Assembly (NCBI GenBank): GCA_946006945.1
Contig: CAMFZN010000001.1
Span: 1 to 56,497, forward strand
Length of the DNA: 56,497 bases
Direction of reading: 5' to 3'
Origin: an uncultured Clostridia bacterium
GTDB lineage: Bacteria; Bacillota; Clostridia; Peptostreptococcales; Anaerovoracaceae
Position numbers and translations under genes: made by a program. Under the pieces are notes generated by a model, which was given only the letters and a program-made list of their open reading frames with translations, had not been told where the DNA came from and searched no databases. This document shows positions 46,308-56,013 of this stretch, piece after piece (the stretch's first letter is position 1; each line of letters begins with the position of its first letter).

Positions 46308-47690
46308 ATGAGTGATACCATAACGGCAATTGCTACACCTCTTGGTGAGGGTGGAATAGGTGTTGTAAGAATCGGCGGGGATGATGCTCTTAAGATAATG
46401 AGGTCAGTATTTAAGGAATGTCCTGAGGATGTCGTTCCAAGACATGCTTATTTTGGTCATGCAGTAAACTCTGATGGAGAGATAATCGACGAAGCTGTTT
46501 TTCTTTATATGAAGGGTCCGGCATCCTATACCGGGGAAGATATGGTAGAGGTGCAGGCTCACGGAAGCAACGTATCTCTACGTAATATCGTAAGATCTGC
46601 AATTGAGCAGGGTGCAAGAATGGCCGAGCCGGGAGAGTTTACTAAGCTTGCTTTTCTTAACGGCAAATTAGATCTTTCTCAGGCTGAGGCTGTTATCGAC
46701 ATAATTAAAGCGAGGACAGATATGACACTTGAAATAGCAGAGAAGCAGAAAGAAGGAAGACTCAGTGAGACTATTGAATCAATAAGAGATTCTCTTGTTG
46801 ATATTCTTGCTCAGATGGCTGTAAACATTGATTATCCGGACGAGGATATTGAAGAGGCTGAATATGAGGAGCATATAGATTCTCTAAGATGGACTCTTAA
46901 CAGTGTCGAAGAGCTTATTTCTACTGCTTCAATTGGAAGAATTGCAAGAGAAGGAATAAAGATTGCAATTGTAGGAAAGCCTAATGTGGGAAAGTCTTCT
47001 CTTATGAATGCAATCCTTGGGGAGGGAAGAGTCATTGTCACTGACATCCCCGGAACCACAAGAGACACTGTAGAAGAGAGTGCAAATATCGATGGTGTAC
47101 CTGTAGTTCTCATTGATACAGCTGGAATAAGGGATACAGATGACACTATTGAACAGATTGGAATTAAGAGAACTGAAAGAGCCATAGCTTCTTCTGACAT
47201 GATTATGCTTGTAATTGACGGAAGCCGTGACCTTGAGGATGAGGACGACGAGATAATAAGCTACGTAAAGCATATCGACGGTGAAAGAATTCTTGTTGTA
47301 ATCAATAAGGATGATCTTGGAGATAATGTTGACGAGCAGGATATTCAGGACAAAATTCCGGGATGCAGCGTTCTGAGAACATCACTTGTAGACGGAAATG
47401 CTGTTAATGCCGCCGCGAAGGTGTCATCTGTTATCTCTAATAAGTTTGATTTCAAGAATATCATGAGAACAGAAAGCCAGATTATCACCAGTGAAAGACA
47501 GCTCTCTCTTCTGAAGAAGGCTGCATCTGATATTGAAGAGGCAATAAATCAGCTTGATTCAGGAGAGGCGATTGAGCTTGCTGAGATAAATGTTCATTCG
47601 GCATACGATAATCTTGGAGAGATTATAGGAGAATCGGCGGGAGATGAAATACTCGATACTGTGTTCTCAAAGTTTTGCCTTGGTAAATAA
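46308..47690 (+). CDS. mnmE: tRNA uridine-5-carboxymethylaminomethyl(34) synthesis GTPase MnmE
   Basis: 460-aa ORF starting DTITAIATPLGEGGIGVVRISG-like, with the G-domain motifs GKPNVGKSS, DTAG and NKDD, and the C-terminal FCLGK. Confidence 0.92.
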   Translation: MSDTITAIATPLGEGGIGVVRIGGDDALKIMRSVFKECPEDVVPRHAYFGHAVNSDGEIIDEAVFLYMKGPASYTGEDMVEVQAHGSNVSLRNIVRSAIEQGARMAEPGEFTKLAFLNGKLDLSQAEAVIDIIKARTDMTLEIAEKQKEGRLSETIESIRDSLVDILAQMAVNIDYPDEDIEEAEYEEHIDSLRWTLNSVEELISTASIGRIAREGIKIAIVGKPNVGKSSLMNAILGEGRVIVTDIPGTTRDTVEESANIDGVPVVLIDTAGIRDTDDTIEQIGIKRTERAIASSDMIMLVIDGSRDLEDEDDEIISYVKHIDGERILVVINKDDLGDNVDEQDIQDKIPGCSVLRTSLVDGNAVNAAAKVSSVISNKFDFKNIMRTESQIITSERQLSLLKKAASDIEEAINQLDSGEAIELAEINVHSAYDNLGEIIGESAGDEILDTVFSKFCLGK

Positions 47691-47736
47691 TTATTGTTAA
47701 TCAAGTATAAGAGTACAGATATTAATTAAAGATAAT

Positions 47737-49632
47737 ATGGATAACAGAATTTATGATGTAATAGTAATAGGAGCAGGTCACGCAGGCTGTGAGTCTGCTC
47801 TTATTTCTGCGAGAATGGGAAGAAGAACTGCGATTTTTTGCACGGATATAGAGTCTGTTGCGATGATGCCATGCAATCCATCAATTGGAGGAACCGGCAA
47901 GGGTCATCTTGTATTCGAGATTGATGCTCTCGGAGGAGAGATGGGAATTAACATTGATAAGACCTTTATTCAGAGCAAAATGCTTAATACCTCGAAGGGA
48001 CCTGCAGTTCACTCGCTTAGAGCTCAGGCAGACAAGAAGCAGTATCATCTTGAAATGCTGAAGACTATAGAGGAGCAGGACAATCTTGATCTTTACGAGA
48101 AGGAGATAGCTGAGCTTACAGTCAGAGACAGCAGCATACAGGGTGTCATTGATATCGATGGTAATGAATACGCGGCTAAAGCTGTGGTAATGGCTACCGG
48201 AACCTTCCTTGGAGGAAAGATTTTCATAGGTGATGATGTTAGAGTCAGCGGGCCGGCCGGTCTTCCTCCTTCAGTAAGAATGACTAAGAGCCTTATAGAT
48301 AATGGTTTTGAAATTAGAAGATTTAAGACAGGTACACCTGCAAGAATGACTGCAGAAAGTCTTAATTATGATGTTATGAAGGAGCAGACCGGAGATGAGA
48401 CAGTAACATCGTTCTCATTCATGAACGATGATAAGGATATGAACAGGGATCAGATTTCATGCTGGCTTTCATATACCAATGCTGAAACTCATAAGATTAT
48501 CCTCGATAATCTGGATAAATCTGCAATGTATTCAGGAAATATCAGTGGTGTAGGACCTAGATATTGTCCGTCAATAGAAGACAAAGTGTCAAGATTTAAA
48601 GACAGAGAAAGACATCAGCTGTTTGTAGAGCCAGAAGGACTGGATACTAATCTCATGTATATTCAGGGCATGTCTTCAAGCCTTCCTGTCGACATTCAGA
48701 AGGAATTCTATTCTACAATTCCCGGACTTGAGAATGCTGAGATGGTAGAGCCAGCTTATGCGATAGAGTATGACTGCATTAATCCGCTTTCACTTAAATC
48801 CAGTCTTGAGAGCAAGAAGGTAAGGGGATTATTCTCTGCAGGTCAGCTCAACGGAAGCTCCGGATATGAGGAGGCTGCAGCTCAGGGTCTTATTGCAGGT
48901 ATCAATGCTTCAAGATATGTAATAGGAGAAGAGCCACTCATTCTTGGAAGAGACCAGGCTTATATAGGAGTTCTCATAGATGATCTTGTAACGAAGGGAA
49001 CCGAAGAGCCTTATAGAATAATGACTTCAAGAGCTGAGTACAGACTTCTTCTCAGACAGGATAATGCTGACAGAAGACTTACAGAAATAGGCTACGAGTA
49101 TGGTTCGGTTTCTGAAGAAAGATATAGAAGATATCTTAATAAAAAAGAAAGAGTTGATAGAGAAGTAGAAAGGCTTAAGGGCAAAAGAACAACCAAGGAT
49201 AAGATGGATATGTTTCTCGTGAAACATGGAAGCAATCCGGGAGAATTCAACTGGTCATTCTACGAGGCTTTAAAGAGACCTGAGATAAGCTACAGCATGC
49301 TCTCTGAAATAGATGACGATTCAAGACCTGATCTCACATTAAGAGAGATGGAGGAGGTATCTGTCATTGTCAAATACGACGGCTATATCCAGAAACAGCT
49401 CCAGCAGGTCGAGAAGATGAATAAGCTTGAGAACAGAAAGCTCAGCTATGATATTGATTATTCAACTATTGGAGGTCTCAGACTAGAAGCTCAGCAGAAG
49501 CTTAATGAGATAAAACCTTCAACCTTGGGACAAGCCAGCAGAATATCGGGAGTATCGCCTGCTGATATAAATGTTTTGCTCGTATACCTTGAGAAGATAA
49601 GCAGAGAAAGACAGATAAAGGAAAGAGGTTAG
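47737..49632 (+). CDS. mnmG: tRNA uridine 5-carboxymethylaminomethyl modification enzyme MnmG (GidA)
   Basis: 631-aa ORF with the FAD motif [14 protein letters not shown], then [11 protein letters not shown] and [17 protein letters not shown]. Confidence 0.95.
   Translation: MDNRIYDVIVIGAGHAGCESALISARMGRRTAIFCTDIESVAMMPCNPSIGGTGKGHLVFEIDALGGEMGINIDKTFIQSKMLNTSKGPAVHSLRAQADKKQYHLEMLKTIEEQDNLDLYEKEIAELTVRDSSIQGVIDIDGNEYAAKAVVMATGTFLGGKIFIGDDVRVSGPAGLPPSVRMTKSLIDNGFEIRRFKTGTPARMTAESLNYDVMKEQTGDETVTSFSFMNDDKDMNRDQISCWLSYTNAETHKIILDNLDKSAMYSGNISGVGPRYCPSIEDKVSRFKDRERHQLFVEPEGLDTNLMYIQGMSSSLPVDIQKEFYSTIPGLENAEMVEPAYAIEYDCINPLSLKSSLESKKVRGLFSAGQLNGSSGYEEAAAQGLIAGINASRYVIGEEPLILGRDQAYIGVLIDDLVTKGTEEPYRIMTSRAEYRLLLRQDNADRRLTEIGYEYGSVSEERYRRYLNKKERVDREVERLKGKRTTKDKMDMFLVKHGSNPGEFNWSFYEALKRPEISYSMLSEIDDDSRPDLTLREMEEVSVIVKYDGYIQKQLQQVEKMNKLENRKLSYDIDYSTIGGLRLEAQQKLNEIKPSTLGQASRISGVSPADINVLLVYLEKISRERQIKERG
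49211..49226. promoter_or_regulatory. parS-like centromere site (15/16) inside mnmG
   Basis: TGTTTCTCGTGAAACA versus the consensus TGTTTCACGTGAAACA. Confidence 0.6.
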
Positions 49633-49633
49633 T

Positions 49634-50356
49634 ATGCAACAGAACAGACAGACTGAGTTGCTGATAAAGGAGCTTGAGGAGAAGTACGGTGAGGAAAGGA
49701 CATCAATGCTCGTAGAATATATGGATATGATTCTGGAGAAGAATCAGTATATCAATCTTACTGCAGTGAGAGACAGGGACGAAGCTCTTCAGAAGCACAT
49801 TGCCGATTCGTTAAGTTGCGACTTTATGGAAGAGTATGAAGCCGCAGAGAATGTGATTGATATTGGAACAGGTGCTGGATTTCCGGGAGTTCCTCTCGCT
49901 ATTGTATCACCAGATAAGAAATTTACACTGGTTGATTCGCTCAACAAGAGACTTAGAATAATTGACGAGCTTACAGGTGAACTTGGAATAAAGAACGTTA
50001 CAACCGTTCATGGAAGGGCAGAGGATGTCGGTAAAAGTAAAGAGCACAGAGAACAATATGATATCTGTGTATCTAGAGCTGTTGCAAGCCTGGATGTCCT
50101 GTGTGAATGGTGTCTTCCTCTTGTGAAGAAGGGCGGATACTTTGTAGCATACAAGGGAGAAAATGTTTCACGTGAAACTGAAGATGCTGCGAATGCAATT
50201 AAGCTTCTCGGAGGTAAGATAGCAGAAATAAGAAAGGTTCAGACTGAAGAAGAAAGTATTTCAGGACATGTTCTGGTAATGATAAAGAAAGTAAAGAATA
50301 CACCTTCGAAGTATCCAAGACAAGCTGGTCAGGCTAGAAAAAATCCATTAAGATGA
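49634..50356 (+). CDS. rsmG: 16S rRNA (guanine527-N7)-methyltransferase RsmG (GidB)
   Basis: 240-aa ORF with the SAM motif VIDIGTGAGFPGVPLAI, directly after mnmG. Confidence 0.9.
   Translation: MQQNRQTELLIKELEEKYGEERTSMLVEYMDMILEKNQYINLTAVRDRDEALQKHIADSLSCDFMEEYEAAENVIDIGTGAGFPGVPLAIVSPDKKFTLVDSLNKRLRIIDELTGELGIKNVTTVHGRAEDVGKSKEHREQYDICVSRAVASLDVLCEWCLPLVKKGGYFVAYKGENVSRETEDAANAIKLLGGKIAEIRKVQTEEESISGHVLVMIKKVKNTPSKYPRQAGQARKNPLR
50164..50179. promoter_or_regulatory. parS-like centromere site (15/16) inside rsmG
   Basis: TGTTTCACGTGAAACT versus the consensus TGTTTCACGTGAAACA. Confidence 0.65.
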
Positions 50357-50371
50357 AGATAAATATAATAA

Positions 50372-50412
50372 AGACAGGCAATGTTTCATGTGAAACATTG
50401 CCTGTTATTTTG
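50372..50412 (+). terminator. intrinsic terminator after rsmG, with a parS-like core in its stem
   Basis: ACAGGCAATGTTTCA-TG-TGAAACATTGCCTGT (15-nt arms) followed by TATTTT. Confidence 0.75.
50382..50397. promoter_or_regulatory. parS-like centromere site (15/16) in the rsmG-parA intergenic hairpin
   Basis: TGTTTCATGTGAAACA versus the consensus TGTTTCACGTGAAACA. Confidence 0.6.
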
Positions 50413-50531
50413 CAAAAATTCATATAAAACACACAGTGCATAACTGTCACAGTATAGAAAAAAAATATGAAATAAGATATAATATTATGAATATGTTAAA
50501 TGGATAACTATGTCAAGGAGGGAATTCATAT

Positions 50532-51317
50532 ATGGCTAAGGCTATTGCTATTTTTAACCAGAAGGGTGGAGTTGGAAAAACAACTACCAACATTAATCTG
50601 GGAGCATGTCTTGCAAGAATAGGGAAGAAGGTTCTGGTTGTCGATATTGATCCACAGGGTAATACAACAAGCGGAATAGGAATCAGAAAGAGAACTCTTA
50701 AGAATACAATATATGATGTTCTTATTAATGAGAATTTTAATGTTAAAGAAGCAATTCTTTCAACAAAGACTGACAATCTTGATATCATCCCGGCAAGTGT
50801 TGATCTTGCAGGAGCTGAGGTTGAGCTTGTAAGTATTGAGGGAAGGGAGAAGAGACTAAAGAAGGCAATTGACTCTATAAGAGATGAGTATGACTACATC
50901 TTCATTGACTGTCCTCCTTCACTTGGAATTCTTACAATTAATTCTCTTACTGCAGTTGATAGTGTACTCATACCAATTCAGTGTGAGTTCTATGCACTTG
51001 AGGGAGTAAGCCAGCTTGTCAGCACAATTGATCTGGTAAAGAAGAGCATGAACCCTGATCTTTATATAGAGGGTGTTGTATTAAGTATGTTTGATGGAAG
51101 AACTAACCTTTCCCTCCAGGTTGTTCAGGAAGTAAAGAATTATTTCGGAAATGCGGTTTACAACACTGTTATTCCTCGTAATGTCAGACTCGCAGAGGCA
51201 CCAAGCTATGGAATGCCAATTATAACATATGATCCAACTGCAGCAGGAGCAAAGGCATATGTTGCATTTACAAAGGAGTTTCTTGCAAGAGCTGACCAAA
51301 GAAAAGGTGAAAAATAA
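50532..51317 (+). CDS. parA: ParA/Soj chromosome-partitioning ATPase
   Basis: 261-aa ORF with RBS AAGGAGGG, the deviant Walker A NQKGGVGKTTT and IFIDCPPSLG. Confidence 0.92.
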   Translation: MAKAIAIFNQKGGVGKTTTNINLGACLARIGKKVLVVDIDPQGNTTSGIGIRKRTLKNTIYDVLINENFNVKEAILSTKTDNLDIIPASVDLAGAEVELVSIEGREKRLKKAIDSIRDEYDYIFIDCPPSLGILTINSLTAVDSVLIPIQCEFYALEGVSQLVSTIDLVKKSMNPDLYIEGVVLSMFDGRTNLSLQVVQEVKNYFGNAVYNTVIPRNVRLAEAPSYGMPIITYDPTAAGAKAYVAFTKEFLARADQRKGEK

Positions 51318-52300
51318 TGGCTAAGAAGAAGACAGGACTTGGAAGAGGTCTGGATGCTCTGTTCGCAGATGCGGCACCTGTAAATGAGGAAGAATACATC
51401 AAGGAAGAGACTCTGGATAAAATCAAGAGAGCTTCCTCAGATGAGAAAGAAGAAAGAACAGATGTTCATATTATTACTGATTCAAAGAATGATACCAGTG
51501 ATGAAGATAGAGTGATATATGTTGACATCAATGATATCAAGCCGAATCATGATCAGCCGAGAAAGAAGTTCAATGAAGATAAGCTGAGAGAGCTTGCTGA
51601 TTCCATCAAGGAGAATGGAGTAATACAGCCTCTGGTAGTTAGAAAAAGCAATACAGGATATGAGCTTGTTGCCGGAGAAAGAAGATGGCGTGCTTCGAGA
51701 ATTGCAGGACTAAAGAAGGTTCCTTGTCTGGTTAGAGATTTCGATGAGAAGCAGAACATGATTGTAGCTATCATCGAAAACATGCAGAGAGAGGACCTTG
51801 ATCCAATAGAAGAGGCTCTCGGAATACAGGCAATGACAAAGAGATTCTCCTTTACACAGGAACAGGTTGCAGCATCACTGGGTAAGAGCAGAGTATATAT
51901 TACTAACTCTCTAAGACTTCTGAAACTTCCTGAATGGATACAGGAGCATATCAGTGAGGGAAGAATGTCTGCTGCTCATGGAAGAACAATTATTAATATT
52001 GATGACAAAGATAAGCAGAGGGATATCTGTGAGAGAGTTATCAGAGAAGGACTTTCAGTAAGAGCTACCGAGAAGCTCGCTGATAAGGCTAAGGATGAGA
52101 TAAGACCTGAAAGAAAGAAAAGAGTAAGAAAGAGCAGTACCAAATCTTCAGAGATAAGATTGGTCGAGGATGAGCTTAGAACAATCCTCGGTACAAAGGT
52201 AAACATTGAAGGCGACGGAAAGACAGGCAAGATAGAGCTTGAGTACTACAGCCTTGATGAGCTTAACAGACTGATCGAAATCCTGAGAGAGCTCGTTTAA
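51317..52300 (+). CDS. parB: ParB/Spo0J chromosome-partitioning protein
   Basis: 327-aa ORF overlapping the parA stop by 1 nt. It has the ParB box GERRWRA (the CTP-binding GxxR region) and an HTH (FTQEQVAASLGKSRVYITNSLRLL). Confidence 0.92.
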   Translation: MAKKKTGLGRGLDALFADAAPVNEEEYIKEETLDKIKRASSDEKEERTDVHIITDSKNDTSDEDRVIYVDINDIKPNHDQPRKKFNEDKLRELADSIKENGVIQPLVVRKSNTGYELVAGERRWRASRIAGLKKVPCLVRDFDEKQNMIVAIIENMQREDLDPIEEALGIQAMTKRFSFTQEQVAASLGKSRVYITNSLRLLKLPEWIQEHISEGRMSAAHGRTIINIDDKDKQRDICERVIREGLSVRATEKLADKAKDEIRPERKKRVRKSSTKSSEIRLVEDELRTILGTKVNIEGDGKTGKIELEYYSLDELNRLIEILRELV

Positions 52301-52327
52301 TGATTTGGGAAGGATGTGCGAATAATT

Positions 52328-54139
52328 ATGGAAGGATCAACATTAGAATACGGATCAATTGATAATATTCCATTGCCCGCCTGTGTGGTTGGAGAGAACG
52401 GAAATATTATTAAAGCCAATGAGATGATGACAGAGGTTTTCCTCTATAAGGATATAGAGGGAGCGAATTTCTTTACTCTTACAGGTAAGAAGATTAACGA
52501 GGTCACAGAAGCTGTAGAAAGAGATGAGAATGTAATTATAAGCAGAAATGACAAGTTTTTCTCTCTTATTTCTAAGGAGAATGAAGACATCGGTTTTGGT
52601 GTCGTATCTGTAATATTTATTGATGTTACCGAAAGAGAGTTGGCGCAGAAGCGTCTGGAAGACGAAAGAGTGTCGGTTATTCTTCTCGAAATAGACAACT
52701 ACGATGAGCTGATATCATCTGTTACAACAGACAGCAAGAAGGCAGTTCCGGCTGAGGTTGACAGACTTGTAAGAAAATGGGCAGGAGAGAACAACGCAGA
52801 CATTACCGGTATCAGCGAAGATGACTACATTATCATCGCCTCAACCGGAGATGTCAAAAGAATGATAGATGATTCTTTCTCAATCCTTGATCAGGTCAGA
52901 AACATCGACGCGAAGATAGATTTCCCTGTGAGCATATCTCTCGGTGTAGGAATGTCTGAGCAGTCCATCATAGAAAGCAAGTCACTTGCCAAGGCAGCAC
53001 TTGATCTCGCACTCGGTAGAGGAGGAGACCAGGCTGTTGTAAAAACAGATGGAGCAACAAGCTACTATGGTGGAACACTTCAATCAATGGAGAAAAACAA
53101 CCGTGGAAAAGCAAGAGTAATTGCCCATGCCCTCAGAAGACTTATTGAAGAGAGCAGCATGGTAATGATTGCCGGGCATAAGTGGCCGGATATGGACAGC
53201 TTCGGTGCCGCTCTTGGAGCCTATAGGATATGCGAGTACCTTGGCACAGATGCTCATATAGTAATTGAAGACTATAACGATGCTCTTCAGGTAATACACG
53301 ACCATGCAGTTGATACAGAGGACTACTCCTTCATCAAGAGAAAGAAAGCAATCGAGCTTGCAGGAGAAGATACTCTTCTGATAGTTGTAGATAATAACAG
53401 ACCTGTTCTGGTTGAATGCCCGGAGCTTCTCGACATATGTCAGAGAAAAGTAGTAATCGATCATCACAGAGTCACAGATACACCGATAGAAGGTGCTACA
53501 ATTGCTTACGTTGAATCCTACGCTTCATCGACGAGTGAGCTGATAACTGAGATACTGCAATATATCTCAACGAAGCGAATTGTTAACAAATTTGAGTCTG
53601 AAGCGCTTTTGGCCGGAATCATGGTTGATACCAACAGCTATTCTGTAAGGTCCGGAGTAAGAACTTTTGAGGCAGCAGCATGGCTGAAGAGAGCAGGCGC
53701 AGATACAGCCGAGGTAAAGAGATTCTTCCAGACAGAGATTACAGCATTTCAGGCAAAAGCAGAGGCGGTCGCAAACGCGGAGTATTCCGAGGACGGCATA
53801 GCTTATGCATTGACGGAAGGATATTCTGCAGAGGCTAACATTATAAACGCTCAGGTTGCAGATGAGCTCCTTACGGTTAAGGGAATAAAAGCATCGTTTG
53901 TAATCGGCAGAAATGACGATCCGAGAACTATTGTAAGTGCCAGATCTTTAGGAGAGATTAATGTACAGACAATAATGGAAAAGTTCGGCGGCGGAGGACA
54001 TCTTACAACGGCGGCAGCTCAGATAGAGGACATGTCACCGGAAGAGGTTCTTGATAAGCTGAAGAAGATTATCAGAAATATGTTAGATAAAGAGAAAGAG
54101 AAGGAAGAGAATCAGTCTCTTGCTTCGAATGAAGAATAA
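52328..54139 (+). CDS. gdpP: GdpP-like DHH/DHHA1 phosphodiesterase with PAS-like and degenerate GGDEF-like regions (probable c-di-AMP phosphodiesterase), no N-terminal TM helices seen
   Basis: ORF 52316..54139, with ATG 52328 preferred. It has the DHH motifs HKWPDMDSFG, VVDNN and DHHR, plus the DHHA1 motif GGGGH. Synteny with rplI-dnaB matches Firmicute gdpP (yybT). Confidence 0.8.
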   Translation: MEGSTLEYGSIDNIPLPACVVGENGNIIKANEMMTEVFLYKDIEGANFFTLTGKKINEVTEAVERDENVIISRNDKFFSLISKENEDIGFGVVSVIFIDVTERELAQKRLEDERVSVILLEIDNYDELISSVTTDSKKAVPAEVDRLVRKWAGENNADITGISEDDYIIIASTGDVKRMIDDSFSILDQVRNIDAKIDFPVSISLGVGMSEQSIIESKSLAKAALDLALGRGGDQAVVKTDGATSYYGGTLQSMEKNNRGKARVIAHALRRLIEESSMVMIAGHKWPDMDSFGAALGAYRICEYLGTDAHIVIEDYNDALQVIHDHAVDTEDYSFIKRKKAIELAGEDTLLIVVDNNRPVLVECPELLDICQRKVVIDHHRVTDTPIEGATIAYVESYASSTSELITEILQYISTKRIVNKFESEALLAGIMVDTNSYSVRSGVRTFEAAAWLKRAGADTAEVKRFFQTEITAFQAKAEAVANAEYSEDGIAYALTEGYSAEANIINAQVADELLTVKGIKASFVIGRNDDPRTIVSARSLGEINVQTIMEKFGGGGHLTTAAAQIEDMSPEEVLDKLKKIIRNMLDKEKEKEENQSLASNEE

Positions 54140-54160
54140 GGATAAAGAAAGGAAAGCGAA

Positions 54161-54604
54161 ATGGAAATCATACTTCTTAAAGACGTTAAAGGAACAGGCA
54201 AGGAGGGAGATATCGTTAAGGTTAACGATGGTTTTGCACGCAACAGACTTATTCCGGGAGGTCTTGCAGTTGAGGCTACAAAGCAGAATAAGGTAAAGAT
54301 TGAGAGAGACAAGGCTAACAAAGCTGCAAGAATTGCAGAGGAGAAGGCAGCAGCAGAAGAGCTCGGCAAGAGAATCACTGCAAAGCCTGTAATTCTGAAG
54401 ACCAAGGTAGGAGACGGAGGCAAGCTATTCGGATCTGTAACTTCGATGGATATTGCTGAGGCAATCGAGGCGCAGACAGGAGAGGTTATCGACAAGAAGA
54501 AAATAGTTCTCGACAAGCCTATCAAGGAGACAGGAGATCACAAGGTAAAGATTAAGCTTTACACAGAGGTCAGCGCTGAGCTTACCGTAAGAATTGAAGG
54601 TTAA
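54161..54604 (+). CDS. rplI: 50S ribosomal protein L9
   Basis: 147-aa ORF starting [28 protein letters not shown]. Confidence 0.95.
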   Translation: MEIILLKDVKGTGKEGDIVKVNDGFARNRLIPGGLAVEATKQNKVKIERDKANKAARIAEEKAAAEELGKRITAKPVILKTKVGDGGKLFGSVTSMDIAEAIEAQTGEVIDKKKIVLDKPIKETGDHKVKIKLYTEVSAELTVRIEG

Positions 54605-54637
54605 TAAGGCAGCATATCAGAAAACGGGGTTTTGTTG

Positions 54638-56008
54638 ATGGATGAGGAAAGAGTAAACGATTACAATGTTCAGCCGCCTTGCGATATAGAGGCTGAGAAA
54701 GCTGTTCTTGGATCGATGATGAAGGATGCGGATGCGGCTGCAGATGCAGTCGACAGACTTAAGAAAGAGGATTTCTATCTTAAGGAGCATCAGGAGATAT
54801 ATGATACGATTCTAGATCTGCACAGGAAGAACATTGGAATAGACATCACGACAACATATTCCGCTTTGTGCGAAAGAAAGGTTCAGGAGCTTGTCGGAGG
54901 AATGACTTATCTTGGCAGGCTTGTTAATGATGCAATAGTACCTTCCAATGCAAGATACTATGCAGATACTGTAGTGGCAAAGTCCAGAATGAGAAGCCTT
55001 ATTCACGAGGCAGATATGATAAGAAGCAGGGCCTTCGAGGCGGAGGCTGATGCTGAGGAGATTCTCGACTTCGCAGAGCAGAAGATTTTCGAAATAGCAC
55101 AGAGAAGCCAGAAAAGAAACTACGAGGACATCAACGATGTTCTTGTTGAGAATATCAAACAGATAAGAGAACTCGAGCAGAATAATGGACAGCTGCCGGG
55201 AATTACAACTGGTTTTAGAGATCTGGACAGAAAGCTTAATGGTCTTCATAAGACAGACCTTATCATTCTTGCGGCAAGACCTGGTATGGGAAAGACATCT
55301 TTTGCACTTAATGTCGCGCAGAATGCTGCAATGGCAGGCCATGCGGTAATGATATTCAGCATGGAGATGTCGGCAACTCAGCTGGGGCAGAGAATGCTTG
55401 CGATGTCAGCTTGTGTCGATATGGAGAAGCTTAAGACAGGCAATCTGACAAGTGATGACTGGATTGCACTTTCGGATGCTCAGGACAGCTACGAGAATTG
55501 CACCCTCTTCATAGATGACACATCAGATCTTTCTGTAATGGAGATGAAGAATAAGTGCAGAAGAATGAAGGCCGAGAAGGGACTCGACCTTATTGTGGTT
55601 GACTATCTTCAGCTGATGAACATGGGATATAAGGGCGACAATCTTGTAGCAGCGATTGGACAGGTTACAAGAAACCTGAAGGTAATGGCGAAGGAGCTTG
55701 ACGTTGCAATCATACTTCTTTCGCAGCTTTCAAGAGCGTCCGAGCAGAGGGCTAATCACAGGCCTCAGCTTTCAGACCTAAGAGACTCAGGTTCGATTGA
55801 GCAGGATGCTGATATAGTAATCTTCCTCAGAAGAGACGATTATTATGAGACGGATGATGATGCGGCCAAGATTAATTCAGGAGCGAACCTGACATGCGAT
55901 GTTGATATTGCAAAACACAGAAGCGGTCCTACAGGACTGGTTAAACTGGCATGGATAGGAAGATATACCAAGTTCGGTAATCTTGCACATGCTTTTGATG
56001 GAGAATAG
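54638..56008 (+). CDS. dnaB: replicative DNA helicase (DnaB family; DnaC in B. subtilis nomenclature)
   Basis: ORF 54632..56008, with ATG 54638 preferred. It has the N-terminus PPCDIEAEKAVLGSMM, Walker A ARPGMGKTSFA, Walker B VVDYLQLM and SQLSR. Confidence 0.95.
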   Translation: MDEERVNDYNVQPPCDIEAEKAVLGSMMKDADAAADAVDRLKKEDFYLKEHQEIYDTILDLHRKNIGIDITTTYSALCERKVQELVGGMTYLGRLVNDAIVPSNARYYADTVVAKSRMRSLIHEADMIRSRAFEAEADAEEILDFAEQKIFEIAQRSQKRNYEDINDVLVENIKQIRELEQNNGQLPGITTGFRDLDRKLNGLHKTDLIILAARPGMGKTSFALNVAQNAAMAGHAVMIFSMEMSATQLGQRMLAMSACVDMEKLKTGNLTSDDWIALSDAQDSYENCTLFIDDTSDLSVMEMKNKCRRMKAEKGLDLIVVDYLQLMNMGYKGDNLVAAIGQVTRNLKVMAKELDVAIILLSQLSRASEQRANHRPQLSDLRDSGSIEQDADIVIFLRRDDYYETDDDAAKINSGANLTCDVDIAKHRSGPTGLVKLAWIGRYTKFGNLAHAFDGE

Positions 56009-56013
56009 AGAAT

